Source: Clostridia bacterium (GTDB lineage Bacteria; Bacillota; Clostridia; Christensenellales; CAG-138). From it: a stretch of DNA of 64,000 nt. The position numbers were made by a program, and so were the translations under genes. Under the pieces are notes generated by a model. It was not told where the DNA came from. It saw only the letters and a program-made list of their open reading frames with translations, and did no database searches. Below are positions 52,201 through 63,800 of the stretch, piece after piece. Numbering within the stretch: the first letter of the stretch is position 1; every line of letters starts with the position of its first letter. The stretch spans positions 31,650 to 95,649 of the forward strand of contig JAVVSK010000005.1 in NCBI GenBank assembly GCA_036654235.1, written 5' to 3'.

Positions 52201-52980
52201 CTCACGATCGCGAAGGTATCCTAAATATACGGACTTTATTCTATCGTTCAATCCACCTTTTTCAAAGCAGACATCTTTTATTCGCGTCAAAAAAGTCGTA
52301 TGCCTGCAATGATCCGACCAATATGTATCTATTACCTTTATCTCAGTAACCGTTGGTTCGCGCCCTATGCTTTTAAAATATTCGCCTACGAACATAGCAT
52401 CGTCTATAGACATGGCAAGACCCATTCTTTTTATAAGCTCTCGCATATTGGCAACAGAGAAATAGGCAAATCCCGTTATGCTTTCAACGTCTTTAGGCGT
52501 TTCAGCCTCCATAGTTAGGGTCAGTTTTTCTTCGAGAGTACCCGTACGCGCTTCAACCGGGTTTATCAGATAACTTTTAATAAGCTCAAATTCTCCTTCG
52601 CTTATCTCCCCATATAATGCGAATACGGTTGAGCATCGTACAATCGGCATCGCTCCCGCGGCTATCATTTTTATACACTGTTCCGCCGAATCTGCGCGCT
52701 GATCATATTGACCGGGCAAAAGCTCGCGCGCAAAAACTAAACTCTCTCCGAACTCTGGAATATCATAAACTTCGTCTGCATTTGGCTCTGAAAATACATA
52801 TTTAACCGCCATATCAAATTCAGCGTCCGTAAGATTTGTGACGTCGTACCTATGAAAAATTCTAACGCAATTTAGCGTCTGTATATTGAGCTGTGTCTTT
52901 ATGTCGTTTAACAGTGCTTTTGCGCTTACGTCGAATCCAGCTCTCTTTTCAACGTATATCCGCCTTATTTTCTCTATCAT
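49234..52980 (-). CDS. purL: Phosphoribosylformylglycinamidine synthase, single-chain large form
   Basis: 1248 aa. FGAM synthetase core (ETHNHPTEIEPFGGAATC) fused to a C-terminal glutaminase (GICNGFQ...HGEGRF). Confidence 0.95.
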   Translation of the reverse strand: MIEKIRRIYVEKRAGFDVSAKALLNDIKTQLNIQTLNCVRIFHRYDVTNLTDAEFDMAVKYVFSEPNADEVYDIPEFGESLVFARELLPGQYDQRADSAEQCIKMIAAGAMPIVRCSTVFALYGEISEGEFELIKSYLINPVEARTGTLEEKLTLTMEAETPKDVESITGFAYFSVANMRELIKRMGLAMSIDDAMFVGEYFKSIGREPTVTEIKVIDTYWSDHCRHTTFLTRIKDVCFEKGGLNDRIKSVYLGYLRDREELYGEKIKRKPICLMDIATVPGKLLKSRKVLNNLDISEEINACSIEVQADVDGKKEPYLLMFKNETHNHPTEIEPFGGAATCLGGAIRDPLSGRAYVHQAMRITGAGDPRTSFSDTIKGKLPQRAITTGAANGYSSYGNQIGLATGCVHEFYHKGYVAKRMEIGVVIAAAKKENVVREKPIPGDAVLLVGGRTGRDGCGGATGSSKAHTEDSILNCGAEVQKGNPLTERKIQRLFRNETAAKLIKCCNDFGAGGVSVAVGELADGLLIDLDKVRKKYDGLDGTEIAISESQERMAVVVSKENVLKFKELAELENLECTEIAAVTDDAMMTMLWRGKKIVELSREFLDTNGVLGEQNIRVNARICDEKAETNSGLLKEKWLLSLKDIKSSSQRGLVERFDSTIGAYTVLMPFAGVRQLTPIQSMAARLPLRYGTTNTGSITTFGFDPEISTKSPFLGAIFAVVESIIKTACAGGDIGEARLTFQEYFEKLYTDESRWSKPFSALLGAYLAQINLNIASIGGKDSMSGTFLDINVPPTLVSFAVTPTDMRNVISCEFKRAGNALYLVRLPVDADGVVNFAAVLKLCHTITASISAKKILSAYSLGAEPLATAIAKSTFGNNIGVNLIGNENLFNTEHQGVMFELSGEQPMPFELIELGAKQIGQLTDDADIRVNGDIVFTLSEALDAYNEPLESVFPVKPYSDVEDITTLSFKKRSIVSPTVSYAKPRVVIPVFPGTNCEVESENAFLRAGARVETVVIRNTKKSDIEASILELKKKLASAEILMLPGGFSAGDEPDGSGKFIAATFREARLRDAVNELLNARDGLILGICNGFQTLIKLGLLPYGEIRETEEDAPTLTFNKIGRHQSRIVRTRVASVLSPWFSALNVGDVFSVPISHGEGRFVCEKSIFNKLVKHGQIATQYVDLDGNPSMNPDFNPAGSFSAIEGITSLDGRILGKMGHTERYSDGLYTNVPGNYDTSIFLSGVKYFS

Positions 52981-53029
52981 TTAATCCTCCCGGAATAATC
53001 ATCGTGCCATAAATTCATTTATTTAAGCA

Positions 53030-54286
53030 TTACACGCGCCTACCACCTATGTCGCGTCTATAGTCCGCACCACAAAACGAAACAAGAGGAACGAGAGAAT
53101 ATGCGTCTTTAACCGCATCCTCAATCGTAGCTCCAAAACCCAAAATATTAAACACACGTCCACCTCCTGTACAAAGTATATTCCCTTGCATCTTTGTACC
53201 CGCATGAATAAGGCGTTCTTTCGGCATTTTTTCATCTATGGTTATTGGCTTATTGAGCTCGTATTCATCTGGATAGCCGTCACTTACAATAGCAACCGTC
53301 GCCGCTGCGCCATCCTTTATCTTTAAACCAATCTTATCTATAGTTCCATTTGAAGATGCCATCATAAGCTCAAGAAGATCGTTTTCAATTAGAGGAAGAA
53401 CGACTTGCGTCTCAGGATCTCCAAAGCGCGCGTTAAACTCTAAAACATAGACTCCGCGCGAAGTTATCATGAGTCCTGCGTAGAGAACTCCCGAAAATGG
53501 GCAACCCATCGCCTCCATTTCCCGCACTATAGGTAAAATTACCTCGTTTAAAACCTTAATTTTAAGCTCAGGCGTGAACATTGGACTTGGAGAAAACGCA
53601 CCCATACCACCTGTATTTTTACCTAAGTCACCGTCAAAGCGTCTCTTATGATCCTGAGCCGAAGGCATCATTATAGCATTTTTCCCATCAACAAAGCACA
53701 TTACCGATATTTCGGTGCCAATTAAAAATTCTTCAATCAAAATCGACTGCCCCGCATTGCCGAAAACCTTATCGCTCATCATACTGTCGACCGCCGTATA
53801 AGCTTCTTCGATAGAATTCGCTATCAAAACGCCCTTACCCTTAGCAAGACCATCCGCCTTTATAACAACAGGGGCTTTTATCTCGTCGATATAGATTTTC
53901 GCAGAAACCGCGTCCGAAAAAATACCCGCCCTTGCGGTTAAAACTCCACATTTTTCCATAAGACGTTTAGAAAAAATCTTACTTGACTCTATCCTTGCCG
54001 CTGCCTGTGTCGGTCCAAACGTAGCTATACCTAACGAGTTTAGCGCGTCAACCATTCCAAGCGCCAATGGATCGTCGGGAGTAACCACGACATAATCAAC
54101 TTTTTCGTCCAGCGCAAGGCGCACCATTTTAGGAATATCTGTAGCGGATACTTTAAAACACTTCGCATCGGTAGCTATTCCTGCGTTACCCGGTGCGCAA
54201 ATAAGTGAATCTACCTCAGGCGACTGTTTAAGTTTTCTAATTATAGCGTGTTCTCTGCCTCCGCCCCCTACAATAAGTATCTTCAA
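53030..54286 (-). CDS. purD: Phosphoribosylamine--glycine ligase
   Basis: (M)KILIVGGGGREHAI. TTG 54286 lies 6 nt after GGAGG; the track ORF is 8 codons longer. Confidence 0.95.
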   Translation of the reverse strand: MKILIVGGGGREHAIIRKLKQSPEVDSLICAPGNAGIATDAKCFKVSATDIPKMVRLALDEKVDYVVVTPDDPLALGMVDALNSLGIATFGPTQAAARIESSKIFSKRLMEKCGVLTARAGIFSDAVSAKIYIDEIKAPVVIKADGLAKGKGVLIANSIEEAYTAVDSMMSDKVFGNAGQSILIEEFLIGTEISVMCFVDGKNAIMMPSAQDHKRRFDGDLGKNTGGMGAFSPSPMFTPELKIKVLNEVILPIVREMEAMGCPFSGVLYAGLMITSRGVYVLEFNARFGDPETQVVLPLIENDLLELMMASSNGTIDKIGLKIKDGAAATVAIVSDGYPDEYELNKPITIDEKMPKERLIHAGTKMQGNILCTGGGRVFNILGFGATIEDAVKDAYSLVPLVSFCGADYRRDIGGRRV

Positions 54287-54359
54287 AAGAAACCTCCGTT
54301 TTCCAAACAATCAATTATTAATAGTTTTTTATTCAGTTTTGAACCTTGAAAATTATATA

Positions 54360-55898
54360 TCAGGAATGCTTAAAATGCCTCATTCCGGTATATAAAAGCG
54401 CAAGTCCAAGTTCATCGCATGCGTCTACCGTTTGTTGATCGTTATTTGAGCCACCCGGATGAATAACTGCCGTTACCCCAGCCTTTGCCGCCGCGCGAAC
54501 GCAATCGTCAAATGGGAAAAACGCGTCGGAGGCCATACATGATCCTTTGACCATCTCTCCAGCATGCTCTATCGCTTGTTCGACTGACCAAATTCTATTC
54601 ACCTGACCAACGCCTATTCCAACCGAATGCCCGTCTTTTGCCAATACTATTGCATTTGATTTGACATGCTTTACTATTTTCCAAGCGAATTCAAGGTCTT
54701 GCAATTCTTTATCTGTTGGTTTCCGTTTTGATATAAGTCGAAGCTCTCCCGAAAACAGTTTATCGTCCCGTTCCTGAACTAAAAGACCTCCGCTGGTGCG
54801 TTTAAAGTCAAAACCGGAACGGTGAAGTCCGTTTAAAAGAGATGGAAGCTTTAAAAGCCTTATGTTCTTTTTCTTTGAAAGTATAGAAAGTGCTTCATCG
54901 CTGTAATCCGGAGCTATTATTATCTCAAGAAAAATTTTACTCATCTTAGCTGCTGTTTCCGCGTCTAGCCTTGTATTCGTCGCGATTATTCCGCCATAAA
55001 TCGACGTTGGATCGCACTCATACGCCTTGTCCCATGAAACGCTAAGAGTATCGGCGCTACCAACGCCACAAGGATTAGAATGCTTTACGGCAATGACCGT
55101 TGTCTCTTTAAACTCGCTTAGCAATTCAATAGCGCCGTTTGCATCGCTTATATTATTATAAGAAAGCTCCTTACCATGCAGCTGTTCCATTCCTTCGAGA
55201 GTACCTTCCGTATCTAAAAGCTGTTGATAGTAGCACGCCTTTTGATGTGGATTTTCACCGTATCTAAGCTCCTGTTTAAACTCGAAAGGCAGCGTTATAA
55301 GATCGGGAAACTCAATGCCTACCTGTTTCGCCATATAATCCGCAATAAGCGCATCGTAGGCAGCTGTATGCGCAAAAACTTTATACGCAAGGTACTTCCT
55401 TGTTTCAAACGTCGTATTTCCGTTTTCGCGAATTTCTTTTAATACGCGTTCATAGTCCTTCGGATCTACCAAAACGGTAACATCCCTATGATTTTTTGCG
55501 GCTGCTCTAAGCATTGTAGGCCCGCCTATATCAATATTCTCAATCGCTTCTTCATATGTACAATCCGGCTTTTTTATAGTCTCCTTAAAAGGATAAAGGT
55601 TGATTATCGCAATATCTATAGGGGAAATGCCCAAGTCTTTTATCGTCTTCATATGTTCGGCATTTTCTCGCATAGCTAAAAGTCCGCCATGAATCTTAGG
55701 ATGGAGAGTTTTAACTCTCCCATCGAGACATTCGGGAAAATCCGTAACATCGCTTACGTTGGCGACGTTTAAGCCGTTTGCTTTAAGTAAAGATGCCGTC
55801 CCTCCGGTAGATAAAACGGTATATCCAAGTGATTCTATCTCTCTCGCAATCTCAATTATCCCCGTCTTATCAGATACAGAAATCAGTGCATATTTCAT
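54360..55898 (-). CDS. purH: Bifunctional AICAR transformylase / IMP cyclohydrolase
   Basis: [10 protein letters not shown]...GGTA..L...[10 protein letters not shown] and a C-terminal AICARFT domain. Confidence 0.96.
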   Translation of the reverse strand: MKYALISVSDKTGIIEIAREIESLGYTVLSTGGTASLLKANGLNVANVSDVTDFPECLDGRVKTLHPKIHGGLLAMRENAEHMKTIKDLGISPIDIAIINLYPFKETIKKPDCTYEEAIENIDIGGPTMLRAAAKNHRDVTVLVDPKDYERVLKEIRENGNTTFETRKYLAYKVFAHTAAYDALIADYMAKQVGIEFPDLITLPFEFKQELRYGENPHQKACYYQQLLDTEGTLEGMEQLHGKELSYNNISDANGAIELLSEFKETTVIAVKHSNPCGVGSADTLSVSWDKAYECDPTSIYGGIIATNTRLDAETAAKMSKIFLEIIIAPDYSDEALSILSKKKNIRLLKLPSLLNGLHRSGFDFKRTSGGLLVQERDDKLFSGELRLISKRKPTDKELQDLEFAWKIVKHVKSNAIVLAKDGHSVGIGVGQVNRIWSVEQAIEHAGEMVKGSCMASDAFFPFDDCVRAAAKAGVTAVIHPGGSNNDQQTVDACDELGLALLYTGMRHFKHS

Positions 55899-56524
55899 AC
55901 ATTATCCTCCAAAATTTTAACTCTCCTACCCTCGACGATAAGACGATCAGCGCAAAAAAGCCGCACGGCTTTGGGAAGAAGAATGTGTTCCAACTTCAAA
56001 ACCTTGGCTTGCAGCGTTTGAGGTGTATCATTATCTAAAACCTCAATAGATTTTTGTAGTATTATAGGACCCGTATCCATATCTCCGTCGATAAAATGAA
56101 CTGTACAACCGGAAACTTTAGCGCCGAAAGCAATAACCGCCTCGTGAACATACGTTCCATAAAGTCCCTTTCCGCAAAAAGATGGTATCAGAGACGGGTG
56201 TATATTCATTATACGATTGTGATAAGCTGAAACAGTATTTTGTCCAAGTTGAAGGAGGCAACCGGCGAGTACTAAAAGATCAATGCGATACTCAGCCAAC
56301 AGACCAAGTATCGCTTTATCCATCGCTTCGTAACTTTCAAAACCCTTACGGTTTATATACTCGGCATGTATTCCATGCTCAGCGGCGCGGACAAAAGAAT
56401 ATGCTTTTTTTCGGTTTCCTATAAATAAAACTATTTCGCCATTGATCTTCTTATCTTCCACCGCATCTATAAGCGATTGAAAATCAGTACCGCCTCCGCT
56501 TGCAAATACGGCTATCCGTTTCAT
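55895..56524 (-). CDS. purN: Phosphoribosylglycinamide formyltransferase
   Basis: [15 protein letters not shown]...[10 protein letters not shown]...GCTVHF.D...D.GPII. Confidence 0.93.
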   Translation of the reverse strand: MKRIAVFASGGGTDFQSLIDAVEDKKINGEIVLFIGNRKKAYSFVRAAEHGIHAEYINRKGFESYEAMDKAILGLLAEYRIDLLVLAGCLLQLGQNTVSAYHNRIMNIHPSLIPSFCGKGLYGTYVHEAVIAFGAKVSGCTVHFIDGDMDTGPIILQKSIEVLDNDTPQTLQAKVLKLEHILLPKAVRLFCADRLIVEGRRVKILEDNV

Positions 56525-57543
56525 ATCAACACCGCTGATTTTTCGCCCTCAATAACTCGACCAATAACTTCAGCCGTTTGACCGAATTCGCTCAATGCTT
56601 CAATTATCGCATCTGCGTCGGCAGAATTTACAGCCAAAGTCATACCAATACCCATATTAAATGTATTGTAGGCAGAATCTGTCGAAAGTTTTCCTAAATT
56701 AACAACATAGTCGAAAATAGGCGGTATTTTCCGGGAACTTATCTTTATCTCGGCACATTGTCCATCTTTTAGCATACGCGGTATATTTTCATAGAACCCG
56801 CCGCCCGTTATATGCGCTATACCATGAATAGAAAAGCGCTTCAATAATGAAAGCACAGGTTTTACATAAAGCATAGTTGGGGTTAAAAGAGCCAAACCGA
56901 TCCTGCCTATACCCGGTATTTCTTTCAAGAGCGCTTCTTTATCATCTCCGATTAGCTTTCTTATAAGAGAAAACCCATTTGAATGGAAGCCCGACGAATG
57001 TATTCCTATTATCGCGTCTCCTATCTTAACCTTACTTCCGTCAATTATATTTTTCTTATCGACTATTCCGACGGCAAATCCGGCGACATCGTATTCCCCT
57101 CTGCTATAAAAACCAGGCATCTCGGCGGTTTCTCCGCCGATAAGCGCGCATCCAGACTCAAAGCAACCGTTCGAAACACCCTTTACTATCTGCGCCGCTT
57201 GCTCTGGTAAGAGCTTTCCGACGGCAATATAATCTAAAAATAATAGCGGCGTTGCCCCCTGACAAACTATATCGTTTACGCACATGGCGACCGCATCTAT
57301 ACCGATCGTATCGTGCTTATCGAGAGAAAAGGCAAGCTTTAACTTCGTCCCAACTCCATCCGTTCCCGCAACGAGAACAGGTTCTTCTATACCCATGCCC
57401 GCGATAGAAAATAGACCGCCAAAACTTCCTATGTCTGAGATTACTCTTTCACTATAAGTGTGCTTTACATGTTCCTTTATTCGGGATACGGTTTCGTAGC
57501 CCGCTTCAATATCTACTCCGGCATCTTTATAATCAATAGCCAT
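56521..57543 (-). CDS. purM: Phosphoribosylformylglycinamidine cyclo-ligase (AIR synthetase)
   Basis: YKDAGVDI..G...GTDGVGTKL...DAVAMCVNDI...GGETAEMPG. Confidence 0.95.
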   Translation of the reverse strand: MAIDYKDAGVDIEAGYETVSRIKEHVKHTYSERVISDIGSFGGLFSIAGMGIEEPVLVAGTDGVGTKLKLAFSLDKHDTIGIDAVAMCVNDIVCQGATPLLFLDYIAVGKLLPEQAAQIVKGVSNGCFESGCALIGGETAEMPGFYSRGEYDVAGFAVGIVDKKNIIDGSKVKIGDAIIGIHSSGFHSNGFSLIRKLIGDDKEALLKEIPGIGRIGLALLTPTMLYVKPVLSLLKRFSIHGIAHITGGGFYENIPRMLKDGQCAEIKISSRKIPPIFDYVVNLGKLSTDSAYNTFNMGIGMTLAVNSADADAIIEALSEFGQTAEVIGRVIEGEKSAVLI

Positions 57544-57551
57544 ACTCCACC

Positions 57552-58259
57552 TTAACCTAAAACTCTGCGCATCATCTCCGCATATGCATCCTCAACACCG
57601 CCCATATCCCTACGAAAACGATCTTTGTCGAGTTTTTCATGCGTTGTGCTGTCCCAGAAACGGCAGGTATCGGGCGAAATTTCGTCTGCAAGAATGATTT
57701 CTCCATTATAACGACCGAACTCAAGCTTAAAGTCAACGAGGTCAATATTCATGTTTTTGAAAAAGCCCTTCATGAAACGATTGGCTTCAAAAGCAAAATT
57801 GGCTATCTTCTTCATTTCGTCCTCTGTCGCAAGCCCTATAGCTTTGATATGATAATCGTTTATCATTGGATCACCAAGTGCATCGTCTTTATATGAATAT
57901 TCGAGAACCGTAGATTTAAGCGTGGTTCCCTCGGCAAGACCTAGACGCTTACTTAATGAGCCTGCCACAATATTTCTTACAACGACCTCGACCTTTACTA
58001 TCTCAACGCGCTTTACTAGAGTTCTTCTTTCGGACAGTTCCTCAACATAATGCGTCGGAATACCGAACTCTTCCAGCTTTTGGAACATGAAGTTGCTCAT
58101 TCTGTTATTGACTATGCCCTTGCCTATTATCGTACCCTTTTTAAGACCATTGAAGGCTGTTGCATCGTCTTTATAGTCTACTATAACGAGATTTGGATCG
58201 TCCGTTGCATATACTTTTTTAGCCTTACCTTCATAAATCTGTTCTGCTTGATTTACCAT
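57552..58259 (-). CDS. purC: SAICAR synthetase
   Basis: [10 protein letters not shown]...[16 protein letters not shown]...[12 protein letters not shown]. Confidence 0.95.
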   Translation of the reverse strand: MVNQAEQIYEGKAKKVYATDDPNLVIVDYKDDATAFNGLKKGTIIGKGIVNNRMSNFMFQKLEEFGIPTHYVEELSERRTLVKRVEIVKVEVVVRNIVAGSLSKRLGLAEGTTLKSTVLEYSYKDDALGDPMINDYHIKAIGLATEDEMKKIANFAFEANRFMKGFFKNMNIDLVDFKLEFGRYNGEIILADEISPDTCRFWDSTTHEKLDKDRFRRDMGGVEDAYAEMMRRVLG

Positions 58260-58264
58260 AAAAA

Positions 58265-58744
58265 TTACCTCATGCTTTCATCGGCTTCAAGAACCGTTTT
58301 TTTCATTTTAATTCTTTCGTTTTCTAAAATAGACTGAGCTTCCCTATCCTCAATAGACAACATTTGCAGTGCTAAAATCGCTGCATTTTCGGCAGCGTTT
58401 GTACCTACCGTAGCAACGGGCATCCCCGAAGGCATCATAACCATAGACAGGAGCGAGTCAAGCCCATCCATAAACGACGACTTAATCGGTAGTCCGATAA
58501 CGGGAATAGTAGTAAGGGCGGCAATACATCCGGGAAGAGCCGCAGCCTTTCCGGCCGCCGCTATTATAACGCCGATATCGAATTCTCGCGCGCCTTTTGC
58601 AAATTCAGCAACCTCTTCCGGAGTTCTATGAGCCGATAAAACCCTAACAACAGGAATTTGCCCATAACCTTCAAGCTTTTTTATGGCAGGATCAACTATC
58701 GGATAATCCGATTTACTACCCATAACTATCGCAATTTTTTTCAA
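58265..58744 (-). CDS. purE: 5-(carboxyamino)imidazole ribonucleotide mutase
   Basis: [12 protein letters not shown]...SAHRTP...[12 protein letters not shown] start lies 6 nt after AAGGAGGAG. Confidence 0.95.
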   Translation of the reverse strand: MKKIAIVMGSKSDYPIVDPAIKKLEGYGQIPVVRVLSAHRTPEEVAEFAKGAREFDIGVIIAAAGKAAALPGCIAALTTIPVIGLPIKSSFMDGLDSLLSMVMMPSGMPVATVGTNAAENAAILALQMLSIEDREAQSILENERIKMKKTVLEADESMR

Positions 58745-58782
58745 AAATTTCTCCTCCTTACGCGAAAACTATTATCCGACTC

Positions 58783-58811
58783 ATTCTACCACTATTTCCG
58801 CATTTCATCAA
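58783..58811 (-). promoter_or_regulatory. Sigma-A-type promoter (extended -10) for the pur operon
   Basis: TTGATG, 17 nt spacer ending in TGg, TAGAAT on the minus strand. Leaves only about a 35-40 nt leader. Confidence 0.5.
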
Positions 58812-59449
58812 GAAAAAATTTATATACAGCTTTACTCCAAACATCATAATGGATTAGGAAAAAGCGAATTGAATTTACCGGCAATTAAATAGATTACCGA
58901 TAAAAAGGCTTTAAAATCATGATAAAAGCTTTCCATTTCACAGCTTTTATTATGCTTTTTAACTTACATTTGTTAATTTAAAAATTAAAATATTCAAATT
59001 CGCCACTTCATTCATAATTATCGGATTCTATCTGATTAGAAACTAAAAAAGATTTGTAAAAAATACAAAAAATAAAAGCATTATAGATTTTTCAAAAAAA
59101 GGAACTCTTGGAATACCATATTTATAGGCATCTCAGGAGTTTTTATTTCGTTCAATATTTAAAGATGGGAGTATGCCTCTTGAAAGTCATTATATAAGCC
59201 TGTATACACGCGACAACAAAATTTGCTTTTTTTATTAAGTAAAGGCAAAGGGGACACTATGATTTTCAAAAAAGCCAAATAATTATCTGAATGCATTTAT
59301 AATTTATAAATAGGATTATTCAGAATTATATATATTATGGAAGAATAACGGACAATCCGCGCTTGTAACCGTACAAGATTTAACGGTTTATAGTTGCGTC
59401 TCCGATTTTTCTCTTTTTTTAGTCTCTACTCCAAGGAGACTTATAGAAA

Positions 59450-60541
59450 TTATTTTCCAAGAAGGTCAGTCTTTAACTGTTTTATAAATAGTTTTATATT
59501 TTTTTTATTCATAATATAATAAACTTTATTACCGTTTACCATGGATGTTATAAGACCGGCATTATATAGTTTAGCCATATGCTGTGATATAGTAGGAGTG
59601 GAAAGATTAAATTTATTCGATAATTCTTGTCCATATGCCGAATGTTTTCCAAGATAAGAAAGTATTTCATATTTACTTTTATCCGCTAAAATTTTCATGG
59701 TTTGCGGCATTATAGTAGCAAATCTCTCACTGTCTTTTATTAATCTAATAACGTTATATAAAACGCCAATATAGAGATCGTTTTTAAGCGGCTCTTTATA
59801 TGCAGAGGGATTGTATAAAACCGCGCAATTATATCCGAATATATATGGATATACGGTTGTTTCCGACTTAGAAGGATACTTTGCATTAATGTCCGATTGA
59901 ACAAGGGAATTTCCATCAAAAGACTGCGGCGTTATCATTTCAAAGTTTTTAATAGCCGATGCATAAATATTTTCATTTTCAATTATAATATCGATAGCTG
60001 GGCGCATAAGAGAAAATAATTCTTCAACGCGGCTTTCAAAATTAGCATGAAGATCTGCAAGACTCCATTTTATCTCTGCAGAGAAGCTAAGCCGCCCGAT
60101 AAACTTTAAATATTCATCCGCTGTTACTAATTCCGGATTATTATATTTTTTCATTTCTTCAGGTGCAAGGAAAAGCATAATATCATATCGCATCTCTTGA
60201 GGCGTCATGTTTTTAACTGAATCTTCAATTTCTTTAAGATTGAAATCGTTTTTTGGGGACGGCATAGGAAGTATTAAAGAGGCTAAGGTTGGTTCCGAAA
60301 GGTGAATGAGTTTTCTTTCAAAACCAAAAAAATAATAAATATGCCTATCTGTAAATTCGATTTTTTTATTCATCTGCGTTTCAAGCTCTAAAACCGGAAT
60401 CATTTTTTCGTATAACTTTTCCGCTTCATGACTATTGTTTGCAATAAGCTGCTCCGAATATTCTTTAACCGTACATTTATTTGCGCGTCTTAAAAAATAA
60501 GACATTGCTTCCAGCAATGGATTGACTTTATATATAACCAT
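59450..60541 (-). CDS. Long ArsR/SmtB-type winged-helix regulator (about 290-aa N-terminal domain of unknown function + C-terminal HTH)
   Basis: The C-terminus ILADKSKYEILSYLGKHSAYGQELSNKFNLSTPTISQHMAKLYNAGLI...GNKVYY is an ArsR-family HTH. ATG 60541 lies 6 nt after GGAGGG; the track ORF is 12 codons longer. Confidence 0.7.
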   Translation of the reverse strand: MVIYKVNPLLEAMSYFLRRANKCTVKEYSEQLIANNSHEAEKLYEKMIPVLELETQMNKKIEFTDRHIYYFFGFERKLIHLSEPTLASLILPMPSPKNDFNLKEIEDSVKNMTPQEMRYDIMLFLAPEEMKKYNNPELVTADEYLKFIGRLSFSAEIKWSLADLHANFESRVEELFSLMRPAIDIIIENENIYASAIKNFEMITPQSFDGNSLVQSDINAKYPSKSETTVYPYIFGYNCAVLYNPSAYKEPLKNDLYIGVLYNVIRLIKDSERFATIMPQTMKILADKSKYEILSYLGKHSAYGQELSNKFNLSTPTISQHMAKLYNAGLITSMVNGNKVYYIMNKKNIKLFIKQLKTDLLGK

Positions 60542-60725
60542 ATCTTTCCCTCCTAAATTGGAAATCGTTTTTGCCAATTTTTAAAAATATACTCGCATTA
60601 TTTAATCGTGTTTATTCATTCTTAATAATTAAAAAATCATAAAATAAATTTCCACTTTGATTTAATAATAGCTTATTTTTGACAATTCGTCAATGCTATT
60701 TTTATTTTTTTTATTTTTAAAACGC

Positions 60726-60754
60726 TTGACATAATTGGCGCTTAATGCTACAGT
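60726..60754 (+). promoter_or_regulatory. Sigma-A-type promoter for the surface-protein gene
   Basis: TTGACA, 17 nt spacer, TACAGT. The palindrome TTGAC-aattc-GTCAA lies about 35 nt further upstream. Confidence 0.4.
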
Positions 60755-60819
60755 TTATTTGATGATCAGCAAACAAATTGTATGTTGAATACAAAATTAA
60801 AAAAATGGAGGAAAAAATT

Positions 60820-63800
60820 ATGAAAAAAATGTTATCGATGCTAATGTTGCTATGCTTGGTTCTACAAATCATTCAACCGGCTTTTGCTGCGTTGCCACAA
60901 GATGCTCAAAAGAACAAAACTATGCAAAGTATTACGTTAAGCAAAAACGGTGGGCGAGTATGTGCGGCCTCTGATGCTGCAAATCTTATGCAAAGGGAGC
61001 CCGATGCGCCGAAAGTTTCTGAAAATAATTCGGAAGCGAAGGATTTTCCAACTATGTTTGCCTTTGAAGAATCCGGGCTTTATTGGGAAACTATTAAAAC
61101 GTGGATAAGCTTTTCAGCGGGGAATCCGGCGATAGTGGAAATAAAGTCGCCGCCTACTGATGATGTTTATGCTTCGGAATATTTCGATGGAACATTGTAT
61201 GGCGTTGTTAAAAAAGACCTTGAAGACGGTTCTCATTATTATTTCGGAACAATAGACACTGAAACTTATGTCTTTACTTCTATTGTTGAAACAGAGCTTA
61301 CTCAGGAAATGGCATACGATTATTCAACGAACACGATGTTTGCGGTTTGTATGCAAAAATTGGTTACCGTAGATTTAACTACCGGTGCATTCACGGAAGT
61401 AGGAACGGTAGCTATGCAGGATACTCCGATAGCTCTTGCTATAACAACAGAAGGTCTTATGTATGCTGTAGAAATTCTTTCCGGAGATTTTTACAGTATA
61501 GATAAGACGAGTGGAGCTGCAACGTTAATAGGTAATACCGGATATAGACCTGACTTTATTCAAAGCGCAACTTTCGATCATTCTTCACAGACAATGTATT
61601 ATGCGCTTTATGATCCTTCTTTCGTAGGACGCCTTTGCGCTATGGATCTCAATACAGGAAGAGCGCGCGTAATCAACGTTATTGACGAGCGAGGTGCCGC
61701 CGAAGCAACGGGTCTTCATATTCGTATCCCTAAAAACAGCGCTGTCGTTCCGGAAAAAGTTCCGGTAACAGGAATCGAAGTTAATTCTGAAAATGCAAAA
61801 ATCATTCTCGGAAAAACTTTTAATTATGATGTAACCGTTTATCCGACGGATGCGTATGTTAACAGAACCGTTTCATGGACTTCTAGCAATCAAAGCGCCG
61901 TGACTATCAGCGCATCGGGACTAATGAGTGCCGTTGGATTAGGTGTTTCAACGATCAGCGTAACAAGTGAAGACGGGTCATTCACAAAGAGTTGGGAAAT
62001 TACAGTTATTTCACAAGAAGACTCCATAAATTATGTTAACGAAGCGGCAAGTTCGGATAAGGAAGTTCTCTCGTTTACGAATCATGAAGAGTATCCCTTT
62101 GAAATAGCTATTGAAGACGGTCGTTATTGCGTAAGCAACACTAATGAATTTACCCATCAAGAAGCAACGATTTTTTCTCTTGAACTTGATGTTGTTGGCG
62201 GAAGCAAGGTCAATTTCGACTGGAAAACCGATCTCGGATATGGCTACGGAGATGAATTCTTATTTAAACCTATTGAGCCGGACGGACATTTTTGGAACGG
62301 CAACTTCTTATGGGGCTCAACATCTTGGAATAGTGGTGAATATTATTTTCCTAGGACTGGAAAATATACGTTAACTTGGGAATATGAAAACTTAACAGCT
62401 CCTCCTGCTTTCGGATATACGAGTAAAGTTTATATAGATAATGTTCGGGTAACGATGGCGGAAGGCGTTCCGGCAACAGCTCTTGAGGTTTTAGATCAGC
62501 ATAATTATCTTTATATTGGAGATGATGGTCGTTTAAATCCGATCTTTGTTCCTGATAACGCCGAATTTTCAAATGTCTTATACACGTCCTCCGATCCAAA
62601 CATCGCGAACGTAGATGAACATGGTGCGATATTAGCAACAGGCGCCGGAGAAACTTCGATAGAAGCACGAATCGAAGGAACGGATTTAGTCGCTTTCTCA
62701 GAAATTCATGTTCAGGAAAAAGTTGACTGTATACCATATTCAGAACTGGATTACAGCGCAACGATAGGCACAGGCACTTATATTTCGCGTATCGGTAAAT
62801 GTACATCAACTCGCGCAATACTTCCCGTTTCTGAACTTGAAAGTTTTAGTGGTAAAGAAGCTTATTGTTTAGGATTCTCAACCGAACTTAACAAAGAGGC
62901 AGGTTATCAAATAGCTTTTAGCGCCTCCGGAAACAACGCAATGTCTGCACTTTTTATAATGAATGAGAATTTTGAAGTTATAGGAACTCTTACATGGGCA
63001 GAAATGCGTTTCTTGGCACCCGCCGATGGAACTTACTATTTCCTTCTTGCCTCTTTGGATGAAGGTTGGGATCCGGCAGCCACCGTTCAACTTGATATAA
63101 CAGAATCAAAATATATTCATGTTGACGGACTTTCCTTTGAAGCGGATTCTACGGTTGCAACGGTAGATCGAATTGCAAGTACGCCCGAATATACAATTAC
63201 TCCTAACGATGCCGAAAATAAAAACGTTATTTTCTCAAGTTCGGATGAAAATATTTTTAAAGTTGATGAAAAGACCGGAAATATATGGGGCGTTTCGGAA
63301 GGAACGGCAACTTTTACAATTACTTCTGAAGACGGCGGCTTTACGGATACAATCGAAGTTACCGTAAAAAATGCGGCACCCATTGAAGATGACGGAAAGC
63401 TCTATGCTTATAAAGCAATATATGCTTATGGCCTCGGTCAGACATCCGGTTTTGTAAGTATTGATAAAGAAGATCCGAGTATTTTCACGGTTGAAGGTTT
63501 TACCGATACGGAATCTATTCCTAACGGAACATACTATAATGGAATTATATATGCTTTTGAAGGATATCATCCCATTCTCGCAGCTCCTGTTTATGAAGCA
63601 TTTGATGCCGTTACCTTTGAACTTATTACGATGGCTCCTATTCAAAACTTCAATAAGCTCGGCAATATGACCATTGATTATACGACTAAAACCACTTTTA
63701 TAACATATATTGACTTTGAAATAGATTTTGGTATGTGCAAACTCGGGACAGTGGATTTATTAACCGGTAATGTAACACCTGTTGCACAAACGCTCAATGC

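Noticed and set aside
59103-59150. Plus-strand terminator-like hairpin (AACTCTTG...CTCAGGAGTT + TTTTT) that might mark an sRNA in the purE upstream gap.
   Set aside because: There is no convincing plus-strand promoter within 250 nt upstream and no conserved structure I can recognise. It is mentioned under the pur finding only.
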